DNA from: Eledone cirrhosa | Taxonomy: Eukaryota | NCBI GenBank assembly: GCA_964016885.1 | Contig: OZ024740.1 | Span: 197,780,001-197,844,000 of the forward strand | Direction of reading: 5' to 3' | DNA: 64,000 bases | In this document: positions 1-14,338 of the stretch, piece by piece | Position numbering within the stretch: the first letter of the stretch is position 1 | Layout: every line of letters begins with the position of its first letter | Program-made: the position numbers and the translations under genes | The notes under the pieces: model-generated | Seen by the model: only the letters and a program-made list of their open reading frames with translations | Told to the model about the DNA's origin: nothing | The model's database searches: none

Positions 1-91
1 TACTCGCACACACACACATAACACCCATATACACACACACACAACTCCCTCCCCCATCTCTACTAATAGAATCATCTTCCAATACACACAT

Positions 92-126
<35 letters not shown>

Positions 127-149
127 AGCACACAAATAAACACATATCT

Positions 150-827
150 TCAGTCTCAATAGAAAATCTGAACTCTGACACCTGAACTCTGACAGCTGGC
201 CATATTCACTGAACCAGAACATTTCTCCCAATCCCTTTTCCCTTGACCACTATCTCTCCATTGTCATAACATTCACTATAAAGACTACAGAATAGTTTTC
301 CAAATAAGGGCGCAAAAATGTAATGAAAACTTGTTCACGTGACAGCCAAATTTCATTTATAACCAACCAAAAAAAAAAAAAAAAAAAAAAAAAGCCTTCG
401 TGAGCCTCATTTTTTCAAGTAAAAAGAAATTCAAACACTCATATATGAAAAAACAACCTGTGACAACCCCCCTCTCTTATTTGAAGAACTATTGTAACGC
501 GAACTGGCGCGAAATTTATTATAATTATTGACAAACCAATCAAATTACTTCTCGAAAAACCTGGTTTTCGAGCCAGTTTTTCCATATAAAACAAGTAACA
601 TTTAGAGACCAACCAGATGTGAGAAAAACCACAGACCCTCCATCTCAACTCACCTTTTGAAAAGCAGAAGAACTGCGAAACCGGTAAAGGAACCAAATAA
701 ATATATATATTTAAAAAAAAAATAAGACTCCAGTTGCATTTTCGATTTCATCTCTTTTTCTTTATACTTCCACTCGTGTAGGACACCTCGGTTATTTTTC
801 ATTTTGTAAAAAAAACCTCACTTTCTA

Positions 828-830
<3 letters not shown>
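150..830 (+). mobile_element. Non-coding dispersed repeat family A (HHR-bearing, likely PLE-dependent), copy 1
   Basis: Similar to 4235-4870 (+), 49346-49730 (-) and 51230-51366 (-). Ends ...CACTTTCTAATA into (TA)n. Contains an HHR motif at 653-690. Confidence 0.75.
653..690 (+). ncRNA. Minimal type I hammerhead ribozyme, U3-A8 variant (family A)
   Basis: CCTT-TTGAAAA-GCAG aagaa CTGC-GAAA-CCGG-TA|AAGG. Stem I CCTT/AAGG, stem II GCAG/CTGC, palindromic stem III ACCGGT, GUA site. AATAAA follows. Confidence 0.75.
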
Positions 831-1830
<1,000 letters not shown>

Positions 1831-2111
1831 GAAGGAAAAAAGCGAGTGTTGGATAGACTAAAAAAAAAAGATGATTGGTAGTTTGATAGATCGATAGGTA
1901 CATATGTAGCAGAGTGTGAGAATGCATTTTTCACAGCTAAGCTAAATTTATTGAGGCGTAACATTTCATTATTCATTATCATTATCGCCTTTTTACCTGT
2001 AGTGGTTAGTCACAATAGAAGTCACATTATTTTAAGACATGCGTTGACATGCTTTGGAATTTCTCATTCCTGCTTGTACACGAGAATTACTTTCACTCAG
2101 ATGCATACACA

Positions 2112-2618
2112 TCTATATATATAAAACTGAGGATGTCTGCCTGTGTGTGTGAGTTTGAATCCCTAAAACTAGAGAACCACCCAACCGACTGTTTTCAAAC
2201 TTTACACATGTAATACTTATGTTTCAGCGAGTGTTCTGAGAAAAATAATTTCAAAATTTCAATGCCCTAGGGACCGCATTAGGCGATTTAGTGATCTCTC
2301 TCTATAATTCTTAGTCTTTCTCTTTTTAGATAGATACATACATATAACGTCGCGCCCTTATAATATCTGTCTGTATGTCTGGCTGTCTGCTGCCTCAGGT
2401 TATTCTGCCACCCTTGCTCAAGACAAATCTCACACTCATTCCCCAAACAGTTGGTAAGTGCACATAACTTCTTCCTCACGTTTTAAGCCACAGTGTTGCT
2501 TAGTTACGTACCACCCTAACTTCTTTGCCAGCCGTGGTTGTGGCAATACTAAACTTAGCTAAGGCGGTTATATATTTCACAATACCTTATCCCGTGCAAC
2601 GCCGGGTACCACTGATAG
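2112..2618 (+). mobile_element. Non-autonomous Helitron-like element
   Basis: 5' A|TCTATATATATAAAACTGAGGATGTCTG. 3' hairpin CCCGTGCAACGCCGGG, then ...ACTGATAG|T (CTAG with one substitution). Inserted between A and T. Confidence 0.7.
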
Positions 2619-2660
2619 TATACCATAAGTTAACAAACACATAAATCGTTTAGATCCAAC

Positions 2661-2795
2661 ATGGCTGTATGTTTAAGAAGTTCGCATCACAATCACATGG
2701 TTCTGGATTCAGTCATTGTGAGTGACACATTGGGCATGTGTTTGCTAGTATAGCCTCAGGTTGACCAGTGACGTGAGTGGAATTTGGTAGTCAGA
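2661..2795 (+). mobile_element. Degenerate tRNA-derived SINE (octopus-type)
   Basis: TGGCTGTATGTTTAAGAAG...GGTTCTGGATTCAGTC...TTGGGCATGTG...TATAGCCTCAGG. Related copies at 51727-51870 (+) and 44290-44450 (-). Confidence 0.6.
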
Positions 2796-2938
2796 ATATA
2801 TATATATATACTTACGGTAAATATTGATGCAATTCAATTCAAGCACTCAACGCACTTTTTCCACATAGGAGTGTCGGAGTATATTTAGAATAAGAAAATG
2901 CGAAGTAGTTTCAGATGTTAAACTCCTTTAATGATAAT

Positions 2939-3013
2939 GCTGTGATACATATTTCAATGACGACAGTGGCCACACGATTCCGTGTACCCAGTGCGATGAC
3001 ATCACCAGACAGC
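2939..3013 (-). ncRNA. Family C HHR, core CUGGUGA (A6G, probably impaired)
   Basis: Reverse-complement copy of 3870-3944. Confidence 0.5.
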
Positions 3014-3869
3014 TTCTTACATAATAAGGTTACGTTCCCGAGGCAATCCAAATTGAATCGACAAGGGAACGGACATTTTCACCACTTCCATACCGATATA
3101 CATGTTTATCTTCCTCGTATATTTTTTCTCATATATGACCCCTCTCCCATTTTGCATCTATGTACTTTTTGTTTTGATTCAAGTGATAGAAGAAGATATT
3201 AACTAATTATTTGCCTAATTACTACGTTTCATACTGTAATTCTACTGTACGGTACTATCGTTCAATATATGGATAATCTATCTATAATATTGACCCCCTT
3301 TTCTAAACTTCTTACTATAATTTAAACATCTCCCTATTTATTATTTATTATATATATATTTTTTTATTTAATCAAGATTTTAACTTGTAATTTTTAATTT
3401 CTAATTTTCAATCACAATTTCCACTGTGAAACCATAATATCTAGAATTAAGTATATATTCTCTTAGCGGGTGATGGTCAATTCTGCTGTCCAAGCATAAT
3501 TTAGGGGTAGTATCGAAGCCTATTGAAACTTATACTCTGCCACCACCACAAGGTTTCGGTCAACGGCCACTGGCAGGGCGACTAGCGGTAAACTATGACC
3601 GTGTCATATTACTGACATGGATAGGGGTGATTGTTTCGTTGGGGTGTGGAGGGACCTGCCTAGGCAAGTTTCGTAGAGTTTTGGGGTAGTGGATGGTCAA
3701 CCTCCTTCGGATTTGCGCCTGCGCAAACCGGTGGGGGTGGGGGTGGTGGGGGGTGGGGGAATTAGGACTCACAAAGGAACGGGCGAAGGATTCAAGAACA
3801 CCCGCTTTGTCCCTTCCCTTGTCGATTCAATTTGGATTGCCTCGGGAACGTAACCTTATTATGTAAGAA

Positions 3870-3944
3870 GCTGTCTGATGATGTCATGACACTGGGTACA
3901 CGGAATCGTGTGGTCACTGTCCTCATTGAAATATGTATCACAGC
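3870..3944 (+). ncRNA. Type I hammerhead ribozyme (family C)
   Basis: GCTGT-CTGATGA-long stem II (inner ACACG gaat CGTGT)-GAAA-TATGTA-TC|ACAGC. Stem I GCTGT/ACAGC, AUC site. AATAAA follows. Confidence 0.7.
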
Positions 3945-3990
3945 ATTATCAATAAAGGAGTTTAACACCTGAAACTACTTCGCATTTTCT

Positions 3991-4922
<932 letters not shown>

Positions 4923-4961
4923 GATATTAACAAATGGAAACTATATTTATAAAACCATATT

Positions 4962-5026
4962 TATTTCATTATACATATTTCAAGGACACCAAGTTAAATT
5001 ATGGTGTGCTTTCATCAGATAAAATA
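4962..5026 (-). ncRNA. Type I hammerhead ribozyme (family B) at the end of an AT-rich PLE-type 3' UTR (~4924-5800, -)
   Basis: Reverse complement: TATTTTAT-CTGATGA-AAGcACACCA...TGGTGTcCTT-GAAA-TATGTA-TA|ATGAAATA. Confidence 0.75.
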
Positions 5027-6379
5027 GATCAGTTTTATAAATAAATATTGACATACCCTTAAAGAATGCAACCATTGCCTGTTGGAAGCTCCCGGATAGT
5101 GGAGTTGTAGCTTTAATTATATTATTAGTATTGGATATTTTTATTTTTAAAATAAGCCGTTGGGTTACGGAGAAAAGGAAAAAGAAAAAGAAAAAGAAAA
5201 AGAAAAAGAAAAAGAAAAGGAAAAAGAAAAAGATAGAGAAGGAGAGAAAGAAAGAGAGAATGAAAGAGACAGAGAGAGAGAAAGACCAGAAACAACAGAG
5301 AGAGAAAGAGAGAGAGAGGAGACAGAGAAGAGGGGAGAGAACGAAAAACCCTAAGTCATAACTTGTTGAGTTAACTTAACAATTGAGATGAAATGAATAA
5401 ATAAAATTAGAAATGTTAATAATCATGAATGGAATATACATATATACTATGAGAAATTTAACCATTGTTTAAATATGATTAGATGTTTAGTTAATCATTT
5501 AAATATTGAGATCAATATATTAAAAATTGGGATCTATATATTAAGAAATCCATATATTATTAAAGATTTACATATCATATAACACGTATACACACGCACA
5601 AATACATACATATAAATATATATACACACTTATAAAATACATATACATATCTAATTACACACAAAACATAAAGGATTCTTTAATTTAATTTAAGATATAG
5701 GAATCTTATATAATGTTATAATTGTTAAGATATTAAAGGAAATTTTATGTTATGCACACTTTATGTTATTAAACCAATTTTTTTTTATATAAGTTTTATA
5801 AGATTACCTGTTATGTATTTATGGCTGTTATTATATGTCTATCTGTCACAAATCTTGCGATAATCACTATACATAAGTGCAATCGAATTGTATGGATATA
5901 CACGCACATGTACATACACAATTCACACATATACATACATATATGTGTACCCTCAACAAATGTGTACCCTCAACGCATCACGTATACATATACATACAGA
6001 TAGACATACACGCATAAAACATATGTACATGCATGTCAATACACATATATACATATACACACACATATAGAGAGAAGTATATATATAAATACAGTACATA
6101 GTATAATTGAGTACATAAAATACAAAAGAATTATATTACAATTTGAAAATATAATTATAAGCAATATAACTTTAAAAACAATATAATTTTAAAGTATTAT
6201 AGAATATTTTAAGTTATAATTTCAAAATAATAGTATGTTTAATATATTTAGTATAGACATTTTCTACGTATATTTAACTTAAACTTTGAAAGGATAAACT
6301 TTCGAAAATAGAAGCTATCAAACAATAAAAAAATATTTTCTCCTTTCAAGAGCTCTCAATATATTTCTCTAGAATAGAA

Positions 6380-6585
6380 ACTAAAGAATATTCGTTGATT
6401 TGGAATATTATTTCAAAAAACTACTCCTTTTAACTCCTCTTCAGAAAATTGTGATCTTTGTATAGAGGAAATATTCTTTATATTAAAGACCAAAAATTCC
6501 CTGAACTTAAGAAATAATTTATTCAGTTGCTGCAGACATAGATTAAACTCAACGTTTAAATATAAATATAAATTTAAAATGTAAT
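6380..6585 (+). pseudogene. Penelope-like element C-terminal (post GIY-YIG) fragment
   Basis: Translates (with a frameshift) EYSLIWNIISK...CDLCIEEIFFILK...LNLRNNLFSCCRHRL. Parallels WSILDYSK...CSLCITEK of the 53-55 kb PLE and 56568-56723. 6310-6377 recurs inverted at 6710-6790. Confidence 0.6.
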
Positions 6586-6789
6586 ATATAATTAATTAAT
6601 TAATTTTATTAATATATTGAACCTGTCGATAAATCATTAGATTCCTTCATCTTTTTATACACTCAAGTAAAAATAACTTTTCTTCCTAAATATAAATAAA
6701 TATAATAAACTATTCTAGAGAAATATATTGAGAGCTCTTGAAAGGAGAAAATATTTCTTATATATATTTTTTTATTGTTTGATAGCTTC

Positions 6790-7570
6790 TCCTGCTGAAC
6801 TGGTCATTGCAAGAACTAAGTGAGATGGATGTTAGAACTCGCAAACTTCTCAGTGTTACTGGGAACTTTAACATCAATGGTGATGTCTGCTGCACAAAAG
6901 GGGAGGGCCATCAGCTGACAATAAATGTAGGCTATGTAAAAAAAAGATCGGGGATGTAAGCCACATTGTTGCCAGCTGCGAAAGAATGTCATCTTGCTAC
7001 TACCTCCCCATGAGACACGATGGGATAGCTAGAACCATCTGGAACGCACTTCAGAAAACAAAATTAACAACAAACGAGGAAGAATATATTGAGACAGAAT
7101 ACTGAAGGAATACTGAAAATTAAAATCGCCACCAAAGTAAAGCATAACCGGCCTGATATTGTTGTTTGGGACCACACATTGAAAACGTGTTCTGTTGTGG
7201 AGATCAGCTGCCCACTTGATGTAAACGTTGTCAGAAAAATACAGGAGAAGGAGGACATCTACGGACCATTGATGAGGAGTTTACAAATCCAGTATCCAAG
7301 ATACACTTTTAGCTTCATACCCATCATTATTGGAGCTACGGGTTATATACCAACCCGCTTGGACCAAAGTATGACTGAACTTGGATTTGCGGACAAAGAG
7401 TGCAGCTCCCTAATTCATAGTCTACAAATGGCTGCGATAGCTGGCACCTTCAAAATTTGCAAAACATTCTTGCGATTCAGGGAATGACAATTTCTTTTCT
7501 TTTACAACCTTGCTACCAGGAAGGTTGCTGGTCAAAAAAAATATACTCGAAATTAAGAGAAAGAGATAAC
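6790..7570 (+). mobile_element. R4/Dong-like non-LTR retrotransposon, 3' fragment (subfamily 1)
   Basis: ORF 7089-7487 has RLE endonuclease motifs HNRPDIVVWD...VVEISCP...IIIGATG. Upstream CCHC remnant. 3' end AGAGATAAC abuts (ATAC)n. Confidence 0.85.
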
Positions 7571-7584
7571 ATACATACATACAT

Positions 7585-8100
7585 GGTGGCTGTCAACTCG
7601 TTTTCGAGTACGGCCACTACTTTATATCCATGTAGGAGAACCCCTACCGATGGGCTGAACGAGTGTGACTTTTTAGTCCAGCCAGCGACTTGAAAACTCT
7701 GGTACAAACACTGCACTTGTGACCATTATTGACACGTAGTGCTGGGCCCATGTTACAATGTGACGACAAGTGCAGAGAGATCTCCAGATATAAAGCAATG
7801 CCTGTGCTGTGAAGCTTTTATAGTGAGCAAAGGCACTGCACAAAGCCAGTCCCACTCTCTTAACCAAGATGATATTTACCAAAAAGAAAAACAAGTCAAC
7901 ATCATTGGATACCATCAGGGTTACAGGTGTTATATCAGAGTTTTCCTTCTCCTAGAATTCTGCCTTGACAAAGGCTAAGGGGTCATCTCGCCCGGTGATT
8001 TTGGATGGCCATTGACTCTTAAGAGCTCTTTTGCCCTTTGACAGGTTTTGTTTTTAGTTCTGCAGGATGTCCAAAGTCACCCTCCTCACCAAGAAACCTT
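7585..8100 (-). mobile_element. RTE-derived short non-autonomous element (5' UTR-like part plus RTE 3' end)
   Basis: Minus-strand 3' end GGCCGTACTCGAAAACGAGTTGACAGCCACC(ATGT)n matches RTE ends at 27091-27125 and 32275-32303. 7800-7980 is similar, inverted, to 15390-15605. Confidence 0.5.
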
Positions 8101-8454
8101 GTATTCATATGTATACATATGTATACATATACATGCATACATACATGTGTATATACATATACATAATAATAATAATATTACACTATATAGATACATATAA
8201 TACACTATATAGATACATACATATACACTTTATATATACATACATATACACATATCACTGTATATATACAAACATATATATGTATAGATGTATATATACA
8301 TATATATGTATAAATGTATATATACATATATATATGCATATATACATATATATGTATATATACATATATATGTATATATGCATACATATAGATATATGTA
8401 TGTATATATACATTTATACAAATATATGTATATATACTTATATATGTATGTAAC

Positions 8455-8658
8455 ATCATCATCATCATCATCACTGTTTTACGTCCATTCTTCCATGCTA
8501 GCATGGGTTAGACGGGTTGTCCTGTTGTGGGCAGTGTCTGGTCGGCTGACCATGCCTTGCTCATACAGGAACTGATTTTGGCTTGATTTCTACAGCTGGA
8601 TGCCCTTCCTAACACCAACCTCATTTAGAGTGAGTGCTGGGTGCTTTTTCCGTGGCGC
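8455..8658 (-). mobile_element. SINE with (ATG)n tail
   Basis: (CAT)n...TTCCATGCTAGCATGGGTTAGACGG...CTACAGCTGGATGCCCTTCC. Degenerate relative at ~59690-59870. Confidence 0.55.
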
Positions 8659-8660
8659 GG

Positions 8661-8942
8661 ATATATATTTCAAGGGTACCAAGACAACATTGGTACACTT
8701 TCATCAGATAAAATACAAATTTTGTTTTATAAATAGAGACATACCCATAAAAATCATACCTTATCGGTTTGAAATTCACTGTATAGTCTATGGACTATCC
8801 AGTGAATAATAAAATAAATATGGCTTTACAAATACAGTTTCAATCTACCCAATATCATTGAATATTTACTCCAGTAAACTATTGAGTGCTCTAAATCAGT
8901 TATAAACATTTATATTTGTCGGACTTCCAACAAATTAAATAC
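8661..8942. mobile_element. Family B fold-back: minus-strand HHR (8661-8715) joined to a plus-strand 3' end (8765-8942)
   Basis: Minus strand reads TATTTTAT-CTGATGA-AAGTGTACCA...TGGTACCCTT-GAAATATATATC, ending at the cleavage triplet. Plus strand reads GAAATTCACTG...CAGTGAATA|ATAAAATAAATATGG, matching the family B tail. Confidence 0.6.
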
Positions 8943-8944
8943 TA

Positions 8945-9012
<68 letters not shown>

Positions 9013-9240
9013 TACATATATATATATAGGTATATATATATATATATATATACGTATATATATATACATATATATACGCATATATATACCTATATATGTG
9101 TATATATGTATATATATATATATATATACGTATATATATATCCCTATATATGTATATATGTATATATATATATATATACATATAAATATATAAATATATA
9201 TATATACATATACATATATACACATGTATATATATATATA

Positions 9241-9373
9241 ACGGAGGTGTGGTAAGGAACCAGATGGACCATAACGCACCAGAGTACTCAATACTTAGGG
9301 TAGTAGAGTGGGTAATAGGAGAAAGTATGACTCCGATGGCAGAGCTCAAGCCGTCGGGGGTCATACCCTCTCC
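9241..9373 (-). repeat. Short dispersed repeat (family G) inside (TA)n with a terminal hairpin
   Basis: Similar to 34771-34929. Hairpin GGAGA..GTATGACTCCGATGGC / GCCGTCGGGGGTCATAC..TCTCC. Confidence 0.6.
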
Positions 9374-9721
9374 TATATATATATATATATATACATATAT
9401 ACATATACACACACATATATATATAAATATATATGTATATATATATATACAGGCATATATATATACATTTCGTTTCTGAATTTGTTTAGCAAGATTTTTT
9501 TTATCTGAAAACGTGTGTTGAAACCGATATTGTTATACTTCGGGAGGGCCACGTTGCCAATAAGAAACACATGCACCAGTTGCTTTCACTCCAATCCATT
9601 ACAAATAAAAAAATAAAAATTTTTTCAAAAAAATTTATAAATTTCCGGTTGGCTGGTTGCACAACTGAACGGTTGTACATATATTGTCAAAGTTCTTTCA
9701 AGTCATACATACATACATACA

Positions 9722-9755
<34 letters not shown>

Positions 9756-10029
9756 CATACATACATACATACATACATACATACATACATAAAAATAGTG
9801 ACCGTTGTTGTCAGTCTGATATTTGGACATTAAATTATTGCTGATATGAAGGCAACATTACATCATTAACTAGATATAGTGGTGTTCTGTGTGTTGGGCC
9901 TCCGTCATTACTGACGATGAGTGTTCCTGTTGCTTGATAAATGGAATAGTCTGCTTGTGGCTTAACATTCCACAGACACGTGTATTCTTAACTGAAATGT
10001 GGTAAAGTTGGTCCTTTGAACTAAAGGTA

Positions 10030-10130
10030 AAACTCCCTTTTGCCAGCCTAAACTGGAGCAACGTGAAACAAAATACCTTGCTCAAGGACTCAACGCGCAG
10101 CCAGTAATGAACCTCATGACCTTAGAAGTA
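10030..10130 (-). mobile_element. Degenerate tRNA-derived SINE fragment
   Basis: Reverse complement ...GAGGTTCATTACTGG...GAGTCCTTGAGCAAGGTATTTTGTTTCACGTTGCTCCAGT, a typical SINE head/core. Confidence 0.5.
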
Positions 10131-10134
10131 TGAC

Positions 10135-10425
10135 AAGTCTTAGTGAGGAAGTAGATAGTGATAGGAATAGTAAGAGTATCGCAGTTGTGGCTTGAGTAGA
10201 CATAGTGAGGTAGTACTGGTTTGACTAGACATCGTGAGGTAGCAGTAGTAGGATTAGTCATACTCAGCTATTAGTGGTATGGTGATAGTTCTATGACAAG
10301 TCATATTGAGGGAGCAGTGATATGGCTAGTTATATTATGATAGTAGTGTTATGACTAGGCATAGTGCGGAAGTAGTATGATTAGTCATGGTTTGGTTGTA
10401 GTGCTATGCCTAGACATAATGTAGT
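10135..10425. repeat. Degenerate ~30-bp minisatellite
   Basis: Recurring GACTAGACATAGTGAGGTAGTAG-like units. Confidence 0.5.
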
Positions 10426-10479
10426 ATTGTGGTATATTTAATATGTTGCTTCAGTATCACTATCCAGCTTTCGTATGAT

Positions 10480-10930
10480 GTTAATATGGATTCCAGGCAC
10501 TGTTCATCCTTCTTGCGTGGGAAATATAGCCTAATAAAGTCGTTATTTATGGGCCCCTCTTATCTAGATTTCTCATCCTGTCCAAGATACCACAGTTGTC
10601 AACTGTCTGTATCGATTGTAATACCAAGCTGTCCATTAAAACATTTTCAGAAGTGGGCAGAGCATCTTTACGTTTTATCACCAAAAATGCACATTTAAAC
10701 TCGCCGAATTTTATTTTAATGTGTATAAAACTGTGTCATGAGATCCAATTGCTTTTTGATGTGGTTGATATTTGACTCATACAACTTCAGTTCGTCGACA
10801 AAGAAAATATAGGAGATACTTCTGGATCCATTTCTATTATATTTTGTGAGCAGGTATGAGAGTAGATATAACGAGATGATGAAGAGCAGCACTGACAATA
10901 TAATATCCTTCTGTTTGTATCTTGTTTGTG
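10480..10930 (-). pseudogene. Old R4/Dong-like RT fragment
   Basis: FFVDELKLYESNINHIKKQLDL parallels FFVDDLKLYAKNMDGMKKSLDL of the 28.4-29.3 kb RT. Confidence 0.65.
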
Positions 10931-11159
10931 TGGCTTTAGCTCTTAACAACAGATCAGCAATAGGTTAAACGAAACATATAACAAAAGATGTATATAGTTT
11001 CCAAGATTGTTTTCATAATTGTGGGCTGTGTGGCCTTCAGGTAATTGACTACTATTTCAAATAAACATTATGGATTTGTTGAAATATGCATGCATGTATG
11101 TATGTATGTATGTATGTATGTATGTATGTATGTATGTATGTATGTATGTATGTATGTAT

Positions 11160-12566
11160 GTTCTTCTGGTTTTATAATTTCACAAAGTTTTACCAATAGA
11201 GAGAGAGTCGGTTTCTAACATAGACACAAGACTCTCTCATGGGAATTTACACAACATCAACTAGGTAGATATGTATGTATGTCTGCATGCATGTGTAGAT
11301 ATGGATGTTAATGTATGTGTGGATGTGTATGTTTTGAGTTGTATGTCTGCATGTGTATATGCTTTGTATCTGTACTTGTGTATATGCAGTTATTAGATGC
11401 AAAAGTTTTGGAATGTTTTACATATTTTTACTGTTCCATTGTACTTGTAATTTCCTAACTAGCTGTGTTCTTTCTGTTCCTGTGAAGCCTAGCTTCTCAA
11501 GATTTGTATTGAGGCAGTTACTAACATATCCCAGTGCCCCAATAATCACAGGCATAAATCTGAAGGTGTAATCAGGGTGGAGTATCTGCAGATTTCTCAT
11601 CAGTTCTGCATAAATATTCTCCTTTTCACTAATCTTTGATATTATATTGGCATCTGCTGGGCAGCTAATTTCCACTACTGTGCATGTTTTCTTCTCCCTG
11701 TCCCATATCATAATATCTGGTCTGTTATGCCTGCATTTTATTGGGGTTTTTACTGGAACATTCCACCAGTACTCTTTCATATTATGTACATGGATGTCTT
11801 CCACATTGTTGTAGCTTTTAATGTGTTTATTATCGGGGCTATCTTTTTTACGAACTGCATTGTACAGTGTTTTGGCCACTACATCATGCCTCATAGGTAG
11901 ATAGTACCGCGATGACATCTTTGGGCAGCTGCTGATGACATGGGTGATATCCTCAATGTTAGTTCTGCAGGGTCTGCACTTGTTATCACATCTAGGTGTT
12001 TTGCCTGCATCCCTATCTCTTTTGTGAATCAGGTATTTCGTGCTAATCTCCTGTTCTTGGATTGCAAAAGCGTATCCTTCAAAGTGGGAGCCAATATAGC
12101 GATTGTTGGTCCAAGATAGACTACTTTCCTTATCTATATTACTCTCACTCTGGAGCTTCCTGGCAACATATCCAAGCATGATTTTTTGCTGACAGGCATG
12201 CAGTTTTTCATCCATGGATTCACTGCGATACTGCTGAGCGACATCCCTGGGTGTGAGTTTTTGATTATCACACAGGGAATATCTCTCAAGGAGTTCCTTC
12301 CCAACTCTCATGATCTTATCTCTTTCATGCAGATAGACTTGCTCGAGAAGCGGGCTCCTACGCTTCGAGGTTCGTAGATGTTGTCGGAGAGATATGATGC
12401 GACATTCAAATGTTGTCTGGACTGATGTTAGGCCTCTGCCTCCCTGCTTACGTTTCAAGTAAAGGCGGTCTATGTCACCGTTGATGTGGAAGTTTCCGGT
12501 GTTGTTCAGTATTTTTCGAGTTCCAACATCAACTGCTCGGATTTCGTCTATCGTCCAATTGAGTAT
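11160..12566 (-). mobile_element. R4/Dong-like retrotransposon, 5'-truncated (subfamily 2)
   Basis: ORF 11418-12458 has CRPC...HVISSC and HNRPDIMIWD...VVEISCPAD. 3' end ...CCAGAAGAAC abuts (ATAC)n. Near-identical to 27491-28600. Confidence 0.9.
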
Positions 12567-13721
12567 ATAGATATATACTCATAAGGTGTTAATAGTGAAA
12601 ATTTAATGTGTAAGAAGATAGATATGGTATATTAGCCAAAAGATTATGAGAGCTAGAATAAAAAGTTGTCAAAAACCAATGATAATAATGATGATAATAA
12701 TGGTGGTAAATAAAATGAACCTAAACAAAATATATCAGCTAATGGATACAATATTTATTTATTTATTAATACTACTGTGCATAATATTTTCTGTCTGGCC
12801 CTTATTCACTCATTCACATATGTGTCTGTTTACCAACCTTGTAATTATAAGTAATTATATATTATATTATGTTCATTATTTTATATTGAAGTTGTTATTC
12901 AACTATTTGTAAACGTAATATTGATCTTTGTAACTTAATGATGATTTTATATACCATTATGATATGTTATATTTTATATATTCCGTAAGATGTTTATATT
13001 TTTGTACCATCATAATTTTCATTTTGGTATTGTACAATATATATATTTTTTCTCACCTGCTCAATAACTCTATATGAATTGATTTGTTAACTTACATTCC
13101 ATTATATATTATTATATTATTATTATAGTGTTATTGTAACATCTATATTGTTTGTGTAAATTAACCGGAGATTATCTATTATATTATATTATATATTATA
13201 TAATTATATAGTTTATTATATATTATATGTTTTACTTTTAATCATTTCATTACTTCATGTTATACTGTATATTATATATACGTATTATTTTGTATTTTTA
13301 TTTTTATTCCTATTATGCTTATTTATATTTAAACTCTTAATAAGGTTTAATTTGTGCTGTTAATGATGGAAATGTGTATTGATGTATATGTATATGTGCG
13401 TATGTGTGTGTATATATATACATATGTATATTGTGCCTTTTAATTTTAATTTTAATTTTAATATTGTTACAAGTATATTATATTATATTATATTGTATTA
13501 CGTATAGTACTATAATTCCCGCTCTATATAACCACCTTTGTTTAGCTCTAGTTTTTTTGCTTTGGACTATATTTGTAATATGGTTCAAAATGTTATCCAC
13601 CTCCTTAGTGATTTTTATTGTATATTTTTACCCATAATCTTCCAATACTTTAGTGTATGTACACTCCATATTCTTCGGAGTTTTCGGCTTATATTGGCCG
13701 ATAGTGCTTCTTGAAGTTTTA

Positions 13722-13765
13722 GTTGCTCTGATGAGTCCTTAATAGGACGAAACATTGTTGGCTAA
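13722..13765 (+). ncRNA. Minimal type I hammerhead ribozyme (family L) at the end of an AT-rich segment (~12570-13913)
   Basis: GCT-CTGATGA-GTCC ttaata GGAC-GAAAC att GTT|GGC, then AATAAA. Canonical core and stem II. Stem I is short. Confidence 0.7.
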
Positions 13766-14262
13766 TAAAGACTTTTGATGTATTGAAGACTTCTTTGTTT
13801 TATTTTCATAATTCTTCGGCTCTGTTTAATTACATTGAGCTATACCTTTTACTGTCATTTCTATAATACTAAGAGGGTGTTTAAATCCAACACGCTCCAG
13901 TATTTTAATCCTTATATATATATATATATATGTAATATTCTTATAATGTATCTAATACCCTATTTTTCTGTGTACCTGCCAAACAGAAAACCACATCATG
14001 TCTGTCTGTAGTTACAGATACACAAATACACTTGCCCTAACACATATATTTACGCACACTTTTTCACTATACGTACACATTTGTACATACACACATATGT
14101 ACATCTGTGAGCGTATATACATACATATACACACACCTAACTATATTTCTTGAAAGATTTTTATATATTTCATATGGCTATTGTAATTCATTTGTCTATA
14201 TTTATATAATTTTTTTGTGTGTTTTTTGATGAGACTTTCCAAGTATTTAGCGATGTTTTATA

Positions 14263-14338
14263 TTGCCTCGTCTGACGAACGAATGAAGACGTTTCTTTCG
14301 TATTCGCCTCATTCGGGAAACCTCTGGTAATGAGGTAA
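14263..14338 (+). ncRNA. Type I hammerhead ribozyme (family F)
   Basis: TTGCCTCGT-CTGACGA-a CGAATGA...TCATTCG g-GAAA-CC tct GG-TA|ATGAGGTAA. 9-bp stem I with wobbles. Degenerate relative at ~59490-59555 shares the downstream ACATAGAGCACTCT. Confidence 0.75.

Noticed and set aside
9498-9545. CTGAAAA...GAAAC motif
   Set aside because: Uncompensated C3/A8, no stem II and no stem I partner.
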